From: an uncultured Acidobacteriota bacterium
GTDB lineage: Bacteria > Acidobacteriota > Thermoanaerobaculia > Multivoradales > JAHEKO01
Length of the DNA: 64,000 bases
Direction of reading: 5' to 3'
Assembly: GCA_963713825.1 (NCBI GenBank)
Contig: CAVQNG010000003.1
Coordinates: 256,001-320,000 of the forward strand
The position numbers and the translations under genes are program-made. The notes under the pieces are model-generated. The model ran no database searches. It saw only the letters and a program-made list of their open reading frames with translations, and was not told the DNA's origin. Shown piece after piece: positions 10,014 to 19,313 of this stretch; positions within the stretch are counted from its first letter, which is position 1; each line of letters starts with the position of its first letter.

Positions 10014-10799
10014 TCAGGTTGGTTTGTTGGCCCGGAAGTTGATTCCGAGCGTGCCGAAGCTCGCCGCCGAGGACTGTTGAGGCGCACCGGCGAAGACCTC
10101 GTCTCGCCATGTGATCTCGAAGTCTTCGAACCCGGCCGCTTCGACCACCGCCTCGAGCTCTGCTTCCAGCAGAGCACCGGCGATTCAGCCCTTCCACAGA
10201 TCGATGTTCTGCTTGGCGCCATCCGGTACGGCCTTCTGCACCATGATGTCGCCGATCTGTAGCCTGCCTCCCGGCTTCAGGGCCCGATTCATCTCCTGGA
10301 AGAGGCCGACCTTGTCTGGGGCGAGATTCACCACTCCGTTCGAGATGATGACGTCGGCCCAACCGTCCTCCACCGGTAGCGACTCGATGAACCCCTGGCG
10401 GAACTCCACGTGGCCCATGCCGGCCGCAGCAGCAGCCAGTCGCGCCTTGCCGATCATCTCGGGCGTCATGTCGATCCCGATGACCTGTCCGGTGTGCCCG
10501 GCCAGCTTGCCGGCAATCAGGCTGTCGATTCCCGCACCCGAGCCAAGGTCTACAACCTTCTCGCCCTCTGCGATTTCACCCAGGCTGAATGGGTTGCCGG
10601 TTCCGGCGAAGGACTCGATCGCCGCTTCGGGGATCCCTTCGAGAAGGGACGGGGAGTACCCGAGAATTCCAGCCAGCTTCCTTCCGGTGTGGAAGTGGAA
10701 CCCCTTGTCAGGGTTCTTCGCGACGCTGGCGTACTCCTTCTGGATCTCGCCGCGCAGCTCATCGACATCGACGTTTGGAACGGGAGGGGCGACCGTCAT
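10014..10799 (-). CDS. ArsM-like SAM-dependent methyltransferase, predicted selenoprotein (UGA at 10185-10187 read as Sec)
   Basis: SAM motif VVDLGSGAGID, GIDMTPEM, LKPGGRL. LWKG-UGA-IAGAL aligns with ArsM WxGCIAGAL. The frame continues 56 codons (IAGALLEAELEAVVEAAGFEDFEI...NKPT) to TGA at 10014-10016. Confidence 0.85.
10147..10184 (-). promoter_or_regulatory. Putative bacterial SECIS element
   Basis: Directly 3' of the UGA: ATCGCC-GGT-GCTCTGCT-GGA-AGCAGAGC-TCGA-GGCGGT. Perfect 8-bp upper stem, G-containing apical loop, internal loop and 6-bp lower stem. Confidence 0.75.
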
Positions 10800-11305
10800 C
10801 CCTCGGCCCTCTCGTACTGGATCTCCATCGCCTTGAACTCCTGCCCCTCGCGGGTGAAGAAGCTCTCCATCGAGTGGTGGTCGTCGTCCTTCAGGGTGAT
10901 CACTGAGCGCTTCGACATCGTTCCGCCCTCGGGATCGACCATCTCACTGGTCATCGTCCAGACTTTGCCCGTCTCGTCCACACTGCCGGTCTCGAGTTGC
11001 ATTATGGTGCTGGCGTTGTCGATCCAATAGCCCTCGAACCGTTTGGCCATCCGGTTGTAGCCCCAGAAACCGTGGCCTCTGAAGCTCGGGAAGGGACCGT
11101 CATTGGGATCCCCGACGTATTTCTGGCGCAGGTAGCGCCCATCGAGAACCATGATGTTGGTCATGGTGCCGGTAGAGACCATGGGGTCTCCGGGGCCCAT
11201 CCAGAGTTGCACCTCGGCACGAAAGGTCCCGAGGAACGGCCTCAGGAGCTTGTGCTCCGGGCCTGGAGACATGGCTTCCGCACCCGCCTGTGCTTCTTCC
11301 GTCAT
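10796..11305 (-). CDS. DUF1579 family protein
   Basis: PGPEHKLLRPFLGTF, LDGRYLRQ, GHGFWGYN...GYWIDNASTI, MEIQYER. GGAGG RBS; stop overlaps the methyltransferase ATG. Confidence 0.85.
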   Translation of the reverse strand: MTEEAQAGAEAMSPGPEHKLLRPFLGTFRAEVQLWMGPGDPMVSTGTMTNIMVLDGRYLRQKYVGDPNDGPFPSFRGHGFWGYNRMAKRFEGYWIDNASTIMQLETGSVDETGKVWTMTSEMVDPEGGTMSKRSVITLKDDDHHSMESFFTREGQEFKAMEIQYERAEG

Positions 11306-11309
11306 GAAC

Positions 11310-12765
11310 TCACCTCCGAAACAGCGTGAATGTTGCGGGCATTCTAGCCGATCGGGCGCGAGACCACTCGAGTGCGACAAGGGCGGCGAAGAGTCCATAC
11401 TCCAGCCAGAGCCACCATGCTCGCTCGATGCCGTCGAGGTAGATCAAGTAGGACAGCAGGCTCAGCCCTGTCAGGCCAATCCAGGACCAGCACCCCACAA
11501 CAGCCGCCAAGGGCAACGCCCAAAGCAGATACCAGGGCATGACAGCAGAGTGCAGGAGCACGACCGCCGCGAGAATGAAGAAAGCGACCCTGAGGATGCT
11601 GTCCTTCGAGGGGCGTGAGAACCACGGCAAGACAACAATCGCCACCAGGCTCAGGAGCTTTGTCGTCCAGTGGGCCCAGGCCGTCGGATCGGAGGTGCCA
11701 GCCACCTTTGCCAGCCAGCGGATAGCGGCCCAGGGGCCGGAGTTGAAGGTCCATTCCCGGGCGTAGGCACCCAGGCCGCCCGACAGTGCCACCAATCCAC
11801 CGAGCATTGGCAGGCTACCGAGCGCAAGCACGGCGAAAAGAACGACACCAGAGGACAGGTCGGGTGTGCCGTAGGAAGAGAACTCCGAGAGCCGCCGACC
11901 CTACCTTCGCCAGGATGCTGAGCGCCAGAGCTCCGAGTGCCGCCGCCTGGCGCTTCTGGACCAGGCAGAGCAGGGCCAGCATCATCAGAAACACCATCAC
12001 CGCGTCGAGGTGGCCCGAGCCGGCGAACTCCTTGATCGCCAGCGGATTCCACGCGTAGAGGAGGACGTACGATCGGTTCCTCCCAACGGCTCCAAGAAGC
12101 GAGAGCACCACCCAGCAGGTACCCAGATCGGCGAGGACGATCAGCAGCTTCCAGACGAAGACACTGGCAGGTGCCAGCCGATTCGAGAGGCCAAAGAGAT
12201 ACTGGGCCAAGGGCGGGTAAACCGTTCTGTAGCCCTGGAAGCTGACGTTGTCGACGACATCCCACCAGACTTCTTCTTCAAGAAGCGCGGCGTGGGGCTC
12301 CGATCCTTCCTCGGCAGAAGTGATGACTTCCTGCGGCGTAGTCTCGTAGGGAGAGACCCCGTTGGCCGTCAGATGCCCGTCCCAGAGATACCGCCAAACA
12401 TCGTTGTCGTAGATGAGAAACGGGGAATAGCCAGTCGCTGTTCCCGAGAGGTCGTTCGCCAAGGCTGCCACCGGCCTATCGTGAGGCAAGCCCGCAAAGA
12501 GTAGAATGAAGCGGAAGACCACCGCGAAGGCCAGAATCGTGGCCACCGAGGCGCGCTTTCGGTCGCTCTTGCTGTGAACCAGCAGAGCAGCCACTGCGTA
12601 AATAGCAAATAGCGCCCCAAAGGCCACGAGGAAGCCGACCACATCTCGCAGTGCGTTGGAGAATTGCAGGCGGAAGGCGACAAGGAGATAGACGAGAGCG
12701 GAGAGGGACCCGAGAAGTGCCACCGGTACCCGTCCTTCGAGTCGTTTCCAAAACCTGGCCATCAT
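11310..12765 (-). CDS. GT-C fold membrane glycosyltransferase (GT87/DUF2029-like); frameshift near 11846
   Basis: DNDVWRYLWDG, TVYPPLAQ, YAWNPL...GSGHLD, then in the shifted frame WTFNSG and VMPWYLLW; multiple TM helices. Confidence 0.8.
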
Positions 12766-12800
12766 CTACCTCGATTGAACGACTTGAAACGGACCCCATT

Positions 12801-13199
12801 ATGCGACGAACAGCGCTCATAGCCACCGTCATTCTGTTTTTGACCGGAATCCCCGGTCTCGAGGCGTCGACGCCGAACCAGGGAGCCTCCGATGCCCCGC
12901 ACGAGTTGCCGACCGGAGCCTCGGCAACCGCGGTCGTCGCCCATCTCAAGTGCACGATTACCGAAGTCCGCCCGGGCCAGGTCCTGAGGATTCTCGACGA
13001 CGAGACCGAGCAAGTTCATCTGCTCGAGTTCACGCCCTCGATTCCTCTGCAGGCCAAGAACAAGAAATCCTTCGATGGTCGCAAGGACCTCGACTTCGAG
13101 GATCTGGCCGCGGGACAGCGAATCAAGATCACCTACAAGATCGCAACGAACGAGATCTTGAAGATCAAGGTCCTCGACCAGGCTCCCGTTCTACGCTGA
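12801..13199 (+). CDS. Small secreted hypothetical protein (OB-fold-like)
   Basis: Signal peptide; C-terminal FEDLAAGQRIKITY pattern. Confidence 0.6.
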   Translation: MRRTALIATVILFLTGIPGLEASTPNQGASDAPHELPTGASATAVVAHLKCTITEVRPGQVLRILDDETEQVHLLEFTPSIPLQAKNKKSFDGRKDLDFEDLAAGQRIKITYKIATNEILKIKVLDQAPVLR

Positions 13200-13233
13200 G
13201 ATTCCCAACCGCCGAAGTCGTAGAATCGTCGCG

Positions 13234-13981
13234 ATGCTGATCCGACGGTGCTGGATCGCTGTTGCTCTGTTGTTGGTCTGCGAACTCGCGGTCGCCGACG
13301 AGATCAGGGTCGCTGTAGCCTCGAACTTCGCAACCACCTCCGAAGCGATTGCCCAGCGATTCGAAGAGATCACGACCACACAAGTAATCCTGGTCTTCGG
13401 CTCGACGGGAAAGCACTACGCCCAGATCCGGAATGGAGCCCCATTCGAGGTCTTCTTTGCCGCCGATGCGCGGCGCCCTGAACTGCTGGAGAGCGCTGGC
13501 CTGACGGTGCGTGAGAGTCGCTTCACCTACGCTATCGGCCGACTCGTTCTGTGGAGCCCCGAAGAAGGACTCTGTCGATACCGAGGGGCGAATCCTCGAT
13601 AGCGGTGACTTCAGACATCTCGCCATTGCGAACCCCGAGCTCGCTCCTTACGGCAGGGCCGCGCAGGAGATGCTGCAGTCCCGTGGGCTCTGGGCGAGCC
13701 TCGAGCGACGCCTGGTGCGCGGTGAGAACATCGGCCAGGCCTTCCAGTTCGTCAAGAGCGGCAACGCAGAGCTGGGATTGGTCGCCTTGTCACAACTGAC
13801 GAGCCCCGAACGAGAATCGGAGGCAGGCTCGCGATGGGTGGTGCCGGAGACTCTCCACTCACCCATCCAGCAGCAAGCGGTCCTTCTTGTAGACACAGCC
13901 GCGGCGCGCTCCTTCCTGGAGTTCATCAAGAGTAGCGAAGCCAGATCCATCATCCGAAGCCACGGCTACCAGACTCCCTGA
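13234..13981 (+). CDS. modA: Molybdate ABC transporter substrate-binding protein; frameshift near 13560
   Basis: [27 protein letters not shown]; second frame [25 protein letters not shown]. Confidence 0.92.
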
Positions 13982-13998
13982 GTAAGATCCCTTCGACC

Positions 13999-14679
13999 AT
14001 GCTCACCGAGACCGATCTCGCGGCGCTCTGGATCACCCTGAAGTTGGCGGGGCTCACCACTCTGATTCTCATTCTCGTGGGCACACCGCTGGCCTGGTGG
14101 CTTTCCCGCACCCGCTTCCGAGGCAAGGTGATCGTGGAAGCTATTGTGGCTCTGCCTTTGGTACTGCCACCCACGGTATTGGGCTTCTACCTTCTGTTGG
14201 CTCTGGGGCCACACGGTCCCGTCGGCAAGATGATGCAGGCAATGGGAGGCCACGCACTCGCCTTCACCTTCGCAGGTCTCGTGGTGGGCTCGGTGCTCTA
14301 CTCCCTGCCCTTCGTGGTCCAACCGCTGCAGGATGCCTTTGCCACCGTTGGCAGGCGCCCCCTGGAAGTGGCAGCCACCCTTCGGGCTTCACCCTTGGAT
14401 CGTTTCCTCACCGTGGCGGTGCCTCTGGCCCGGCCAGGATTCCTGACCGCCGCGGTTCTCGGTTTTGCCCACACGGTGGGCGAATTCGGTGTCGTCCTGA
14501 TGATCGGCGGCAGCATCCCCGGTGAGACCCGGGTCCTGTCTATCGCCATCTACGAGCACGTCGAGGCGCTCGAGTACGGCCGGGCTCATGTGCTGGCGGG
14601 AGGGCTGTTGATCCTCTCATTCTTCCTGCTGCTGGCGGTCTACGCATGGAATCGACGCTTCAGGCTGGTGCCCTCATGA
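13999..14679 (+). CDS. modB: Molybdate ABC transporter permease
   Basis: [42 protein letters not shown]. Confidence 0.96.
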   Translation: MLTETDLAALWITLKLAGLTTLILILVGTPLAWWLSRTRFRGKVIVEAIVALPLVLPPTVLGFYLLLALGPHGPVGKMMQAMGGHALAFTFAGLVVGSVLYSLPFVVQPLQDAFATVGRRPLEVAATLRASPLDRFLTVAVPLARPGFLTAAVLGFAHTVGEFGVVLMIGGSIPGETRVLSIAIYEHVEALEYGRAHVLAGGLLILSFFLLLAVYAWNRRFRLVPS

Positions 14680-15743
14680 GCATCGAAGCGAGATTGCGGA
14701 TCGACCACGGGGCTTTCATCCTCGACGCCGAGTTGTCGGTGCCCGATCGCGGCGTGACGGCGATCTTCGGACCTTCCGGGTGTGGCAAGACCACTCTCCT
14801 GCGTGCGATCGCAGGTCTCGACCGCGGACCCGATGGCTACCTGAAGGTAGGCGAAGCTATCTGGCAGGACGCAGACACCTTCATCCCGCCCCACCGACGC
14901 CCGCTCGGCTACGTCTTCCAAGAAGCGAGCCTTTTTTCTCACCTGTCGGTGAAAGGAAACCTCGAGTACGGCTACAAACGGGTGGCACCCGGCGAGAGGC
15001 GGGTGGCCTTGGACCAGGCTACGGAGCTCCTGGGAGTCGACCCTCTCCTGAATCGCGATACGGATGACCTGTCGGGAGGCGAGCGTCAGCGGGTGGCTAT
15101 CGCCAGGGCCCTGTTGACGAGCCCTGATTTGTTGCTCCTGGACGAACCACTGACCGGTCTGGACGTGGACAGCAAAGCGGAGATCGTGCCGTACCTGGAG
15201 CGACTCCACGAAGAGCTCGAGATTCCGGTCCTCTACGTCAGTCATTCGCCTGACGAGGTCGCGCGTCTGGCCGACCACATAGTGCTCTTGCAGGCCGGCA
15301 GGGTTCTCGCTGCAGGCGAAATCCGGCAGATGCTGACCCGCAGCGATCTGCCACTCTTCCACGGCGACGAGGCCGAGGCGATCCTCGAGGCTACCGTCGT
15401 CGGTCACGACGAGACCTACGAGCTCACTCATCTCGAGTTCCCAGGTGGGCGCTTCAACGTAACCCGCAGTGATCTGGAGGTCGGCCAGCTCGTGCGGCTC
15501 CGCATCCTGGCCCGCGACGTCAGCCTCACCCTGGAGCACCAGACCGACACCAGCATCCTCAACATCATCCCGGTGACCGTGGAGGAGCTCATCCCTGAAG
15601 GCCCAGCACAGGTCATGGTGAGACTCTCGGCTGGCGGCATGCCCATCCTCTCCCGCATTACCCGACGCTCGGCGGACGCGCTCCAACTCGCCCCAGGCAA
15701 GCGGGTCTACGCCCAGATCAAGACCGTCGCACTGCTGGCTTGA
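14676..15743 (+). CDS. modC: Molybdate ABC transporter ATP-binding protein
   Basis: [17 protein letters not shown]-terminal TOBE/Mop domain (TSILNII...VYAQIK). Confidence 0.96.
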   Translation: MSIEARLRIDHGAFILDAELSVPDRGVTAIFGPSGCGKTTLLRAIAGLDRGPDGYLKVGEAIWQDADTFIPPHRRPLGYVFQEASLFSHLSVKGNLEYGYKRVAPGERRVALDQATELLGVDPLLNRDTDDLSGGERQRVAIARALLTSPDLLLLDEPLTGLDVDSKAEIVPYLERLHEELEIPVLYVSHSPDEVARLADHIVLLQAGRVLAAGEIRQMLTRSDLPLFHGDEAEAILEATVVGHDETYELTHLEFPGGRFNVTRSDLEVGQLVRLRILARDVSLTLEHQTDTSILNIIPVTVEELIPEGPAQVMVRLSAGGMPILSRITRRSADALQLAPGKRVYAQIKTVALLA

Positions 15744-15819
15744 TTCGATCTGTCGGTCCGATCTCCTCCAATCGCCTCCCGGAAGCGGTGGGTGCCGGGT
15801 GTTTCTAGAGGAGCTTTCA

Positions 15820-15865
15820 TTGACAAAATGAAACGTTTGTTTAATATGACCGTTTGAAACAGCGA
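15820..15865 (+). promoter_or_regulatory. Sigma70 promoter with overlapping probable TetR operator
   Basis: TTGACA 15820-15825, TAATAT 15842-15847; imperfect palindrome TGAAACGTTTGTTTAA between them, in an AT-rich patch. Confidence 0.6.
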
Positions 15866-15878
15866 TTGGGAGCCATCT

Positions 15879-16586
15879 ATGGAAACCCCCACGAGCCACT
15901 GTGATCACCTTCCCGACCGAGAGGAGACCCACGAGAGGATCCTCCAGGCTGCCGAGAATCTCTTCTCCTCCAAGGGATTCGAGGCCACTTCGGTACGTGA
16001 CATCACCACCGAGGCCAGCTGCAACGTCGCCTCGGTGAACTATCACTTCGGCGGCAAGGAGAACCTCTACCTCGAGACCTTCCGGAACCTCTTGAGCGAA
16101 GTCCGAGACCGGCGAATCGAGTCGATGCGCCGCGACATGGCCGCGAGACCCGACATGAGCCTCGAGGACTTCGTCGAGAGCTTCGCCTCGGCCTTCATGG
16201 AGCCGCTTGTGGACCAAAGTCGTGGCCGGTTCTTCCTGGGCTTCTTCGCCCACGAGTTGAACGATCCTCATCTTCCTCCGCGAGTCTTCGTCGAGGAGTT
16301 CATCCGACCGCTCGCCCAGGTCTCGATCGAGGGCTTCGAGCAGTTCGGACCGCCCATGGAGCCGATGGTGCAGCGACTCTGCCTCATGTCGGTGGTCGGT
16401 CAGCTTCTGCACGCCCTCAAGGCCCGTCTTCTTTTCTCGGACGACGTCGAGCCCGTCATGGTGCCAGCCGATTTGCAGGAGCATGTGCGCCACATCATCC
16501 GCTTCTCGGCAGGCGGCATCCGGGCCTGTGCCGCTACCCAGTTGAAGCCCGCCGAGACAGCTCCGACCACAGAGGCAACATCATGA
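15879..16586 (+). CDS. TetR family regulator (CecR/CerR-like, DUF1956 C-terminus)
   Basis: RILQAAENLFSSKGFEATSVRDIT...VNYHFGGKENLY; C-terminal HIIRFSAGGI. Confidence 0.92.
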   Translation: METPTSHCDHLPDREETHERILQAAENLFSSKGFEATSVRDITTEASCNVASVNYHFGGKENLYLETFRNLLSEVRDRRIESMRRDMAARPDMSLEDFVESFASAFMEPLVDQSRGRFFLGFFAHELNDPHLPPRVFVEEFIRPLAQVSIEGFEQFGPPMEPMVQRLCLMSVVGQLLHALKARLLFSDDVEPVMVPADLQEHVRHIIRFSAGGIRACAATQLKPAETAPTTEATS

Positions 16587-18079
16587 TTCGATCCACATGG
16601 CTCGCCGCGGTGGTCGCAGGTGCCACCCTTTTTTGGTTGAGTGGCTGTACCCTGGGGCCGGACCCTGCCCGACCTGTCACGGCAGCCGACGCCGCCGACA
16701 CCTACGTCTATGCCAAGGCCCAGGAATCCATCGATTCTCCCTCCGTCACAGCCTGGTGGAGGACTTTCGGCGACCCGACAACAGTCGAATTGGTCGAGCT
16801 CGCGCTGCAGAACAACACCGATCTGCAAGCCGCTGCGGCGCGGGTTCTCGAAGCCGAGGCTGCTCTTCACCGGGCCCGTGGTGCCCGACTGCCCCAGGTG
16901 GGAGTCGGTGCTTCCGCCACGGACCAGAGGTTTTCGTTCGTCCTCCCCGAGGTCGGCCGCCGAACGATCGATTCAACCACCTATTCCTACAACTTCAACG
17001 TCTCCTGGCAGGCTGACCTGCTGGGTCGACTCAAGCGCACACAGCAGGCCAACTGGGCAAGCCTCATGGCTCAAGAGGAGGCACAGGAGGCCCTGGTCCA
17101 TACGGTCGTTTCCCTGGTCGTCCGCTCGCGAGTCCTCGTGGCGACTGCCGAGCGGGCCCTCGAGATCACTCGGCAGATCACCAAAAGCTGGGAGTCGACG
17201 ACCAACACGGTCGAGCGTCGGTACCGCGCCGGCCTGGCGGGAGCCGTAGAGCTTCACCTCGCTCGCGAGAATCTAGCCGCCGTGCGCGCTTCGGAAGCGG
17301 TCATCGCCGGCCAGCTGGATCAGGCTCGACTGGCACTCGATGTCGTGGTGGGAAGGCGACCTGGCAGTAGCGACCCACTACCCGACACGCTCCCCGAGCT
17401 ACCATCTCTGGAGCCGGTCCCGCTCGGTCTTCCCGCCTCCCTGCTCGATCGTCGTCCAGACTTGCGACAGGCGGAGATGCAACTCGCCGCCGCGACCTAC
17501 GGCGTCGGCGCCGCCATCGCCAACCTCTATCCCGACCTCAGTCTCACCGGGTCGATCGGCGCCTCGGCCGACAAGATCAACGACCTCACCCTCGACGACG
17601 GTTTGGTCTACAACGCAGTGGCCAATCTCGTCGGGCCGATCTTCTCGGGCGGTCAGCGCCGTGCCGACGTGGACGCGGCCAAGGCCCGCGTCGAACAGGC
17701 AACCGCCCTCTACGCAGGTGCCGTGCTCACCGCCTTGCGCGAGGTCGAGGATGCCCTGGTTCTTGGTGAGTCGACGACTCTCAACTGGGAATTCTCGGAT
17801 CTGCGGGTCTCTGAAGCGCGCGCCGCCGATCGGCTCGCAAAACAGCGCTACCAGCGAGGCGTGGAGACCCTGCTTACGGTTCTTGAAACCGAACGCCGAT
17901 TGCGCCTAGCGGAGCAGGCCATCATCACCGCTACTGCGGATGTCTGGAACGCGCGCATCGACTTGTTTCTGGCCCTGGGTGGGGACTGGGGAACCGACTT
18001 GCTCGTGACCGAAGCCGCCGCACCAGAGTCCGACGAGGACCCCACTCAAGAAATATCCGCCAAGACTTCAATCCGCTGA
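16583..18079 (+). CDS. Efflux outer membrane factor lipoprotein (NodT/TolC family)
   Basis: Lipobox LSGC-TLGPD, WWRTFGD, LLDRRPDLRQAE, LFLALGGDW. Confidence 0.95.
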   Translation: MIRSTWLAAVVAGATLFWLSGCTLGPDPARPVTAADAADTYVYAKAQESIDSPSVTAWWRTFGDPTTVELVELALQNNTDLQAAAARVLEAEAALHRARGARLPQVGVGASATDQRFSFVLPEVGRRTIDSTTYSYNFNVSWQADLLGRLKRTQQANWASLMAQEEAQEALVHTVVSLVVRSRVLVATAERALEITRQITKSWESTTNTVERRYRAGLAGAVELHLARENLAAVRASEAVIAGQLDQARLALDVVVGRRPGSSDPLPDTLPELPSLEPVPLGLPASLLDRRPDLRQAEMQLAAATYGVGAAIANLYPDLSLTGSIGASADKINDLTLDDGLVYNAVANLVGPIFSGGQRRADVDAAKARVEQATALYAGAVLTALREVEDALVLGESTTLNWEFSDLRVSEARAADRLAKQRYQRGVETLLTVLETERRLRLAEQAIITATADVWNARIDLFLALGGDWGTDLLVTEAAAPESDEDPTQEISAKTSIR

Positions 18080-18116
18080 GAGTGACTCGAGCTAGCTTTC
18101 TATACGAGGTGCTGTG

Positions 18117-19313
18117 ATGTCAGGAAAGAAATTCAAGTTGGTCCTACCCGTCGTGGTGCTGCTGGCAGGTGCCGCGCTTGCAGCCATGATCGTCGCTTCA
18201 CGCAAGACACCGCCTCGCGTCGAACGCCCTCAGCTCGGGCCGCTCGTGGAAGTCATCGAGGCTGACGTGACCGAGGTTCCAGTTACGGTCACCGGACATG
18301 GCGAGGTTGTTCCCAAGGTCTCCGTCGATGTCGTTCCCCAGGTGGCCGGACAGGTCGTCAAGGTCCACCCTTCACTGGTCGCGGGTGGATTCTTCCGCTC
18401 GGGTGATGTCTTGGTGGTCATCGACCCGCGCGACTACGAGCTCGCCGTCGAGCGGGCCCAGGCCGCGGTAGCCAGGGCTCAGGTGACCCTGGAGCGCGAG
18501 CAGGCGGAAGCAGAGGTGGCTCGCGAGGAGTGGGACGTCCTGAACCCTGGCCAGGAGCCCTCCTCCGGACTCGTGGTAAGAGAGCCGCAGGTGCGGCAAT
18601 CCGAAGCCGAACTCGCGGGAGCGATCGCTGAGCTTTCAGCGGCTGAGCTCAATCTGCAGCGCACTCGGATCAGCCTGCCCTTCGACGGGGTCGTGGTCTC
18701 CGAGAGTGTCGATGTGGGCCAGATCGTCGGTACTGGCAGCCAACTGGCCACGGTCTACGGTAAGGACGTGGTCGAAGTCCGGGTCCCTCTGGACAGTCGC
18801 GAGCTGGCCTGGTTCTCCGTCCCGGCCCCGGGTGAGCAAGGGGCCATGGTGGAGGTCAGTACCTCTTTCGGTGGCGCCCGGCGAATCTGGGAGGGACGAG
18901 TCAAACGGATGGAGGCAGAGGTCGATCAGCAGTCCCGCATGGTGCACGTGGTGGTCGAGATTCCCGACCCCTACGAGATCTCCGATGGGCGGCCCGCCCT
19001 GCTGCCCGGAACTTTCGTCGACGTCAGCATCTTCGGCCGCGCGCTGACCGACGTGGTGGCCATTCCTCGCCACGCGGTTCGTGAGGGCGGCGGACTCTGG
19101 GTGATCGAAGATGGCAAGCTGAGAATCCGGGAGATCGAGGTATTACGATCCGATCGCAAGCAAACCCTCGTATCGTCCGGTCTTTCCCAAGGCGACCTGG
19201 TGATCGTCAGTTCCATCGATGCGATAACCGACGGCATGCTCGTCCGCGTGGCGAACGGTGATTCCGTCGATAGTCCTGGTGAGCCCGATCAGACTCAGGG
19301 AGGTGCAGCGTGA
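18117..19313 (+). CDS. RND efflux periplasmic adaptor (MFP)
   Basis: N-terminal TM, PQVAGQV lipoyl half, RTRISLPFDG, LLPGTFV. Confidence 0.93.
   Translation: MSGKKFKLVLPVVVLLAGAALAAMIVASRKTPPRVERPQLGPLVEVIEADVTEVPVTVTGHGEVVPKVSVDVVPQVAGQVVKVHPSLVAGGFFRSGDVLVVIDPRDYELAVERAQAAVARAQVTLEREQAEAEVAREEWDVLNPGQEPSSGLVVREPQVRQSEAELAGAIAELSAAELNLQRTRISLPFDGVVVSESVDVGQIVGTGSQLATVYGKDVVEVRVPLDSRELAWFSVPAPGEQGAMVEVSTSFGGARRIWEGRVKRMEAEVDQQSRMVHVVVEIPDPYEISDGRPALLPGTFVDVSIFGRALTDVVAIPRHAVREGGGLWVIEDGKLRIREIEVLRSDRKQTLVSSGLSQGDLVIVSSIDAITDGMLVRVANGDSVDSPGEPDQTQGGAA

Noticed and set aside
13550-13570. Programmed frameshifting in modA and other split genes
   Set aside because: No consistent slippery sequence or stimulatory structure across sites; sequencing error is simpler.
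14640-16493. Long antisense ORFs (also 415-1941, 57763-59331, 54894-55949, 47019-48314)
   Set aside because: Shadow frames opposite clear genes, expected in GC-rich DNA; no motifs.
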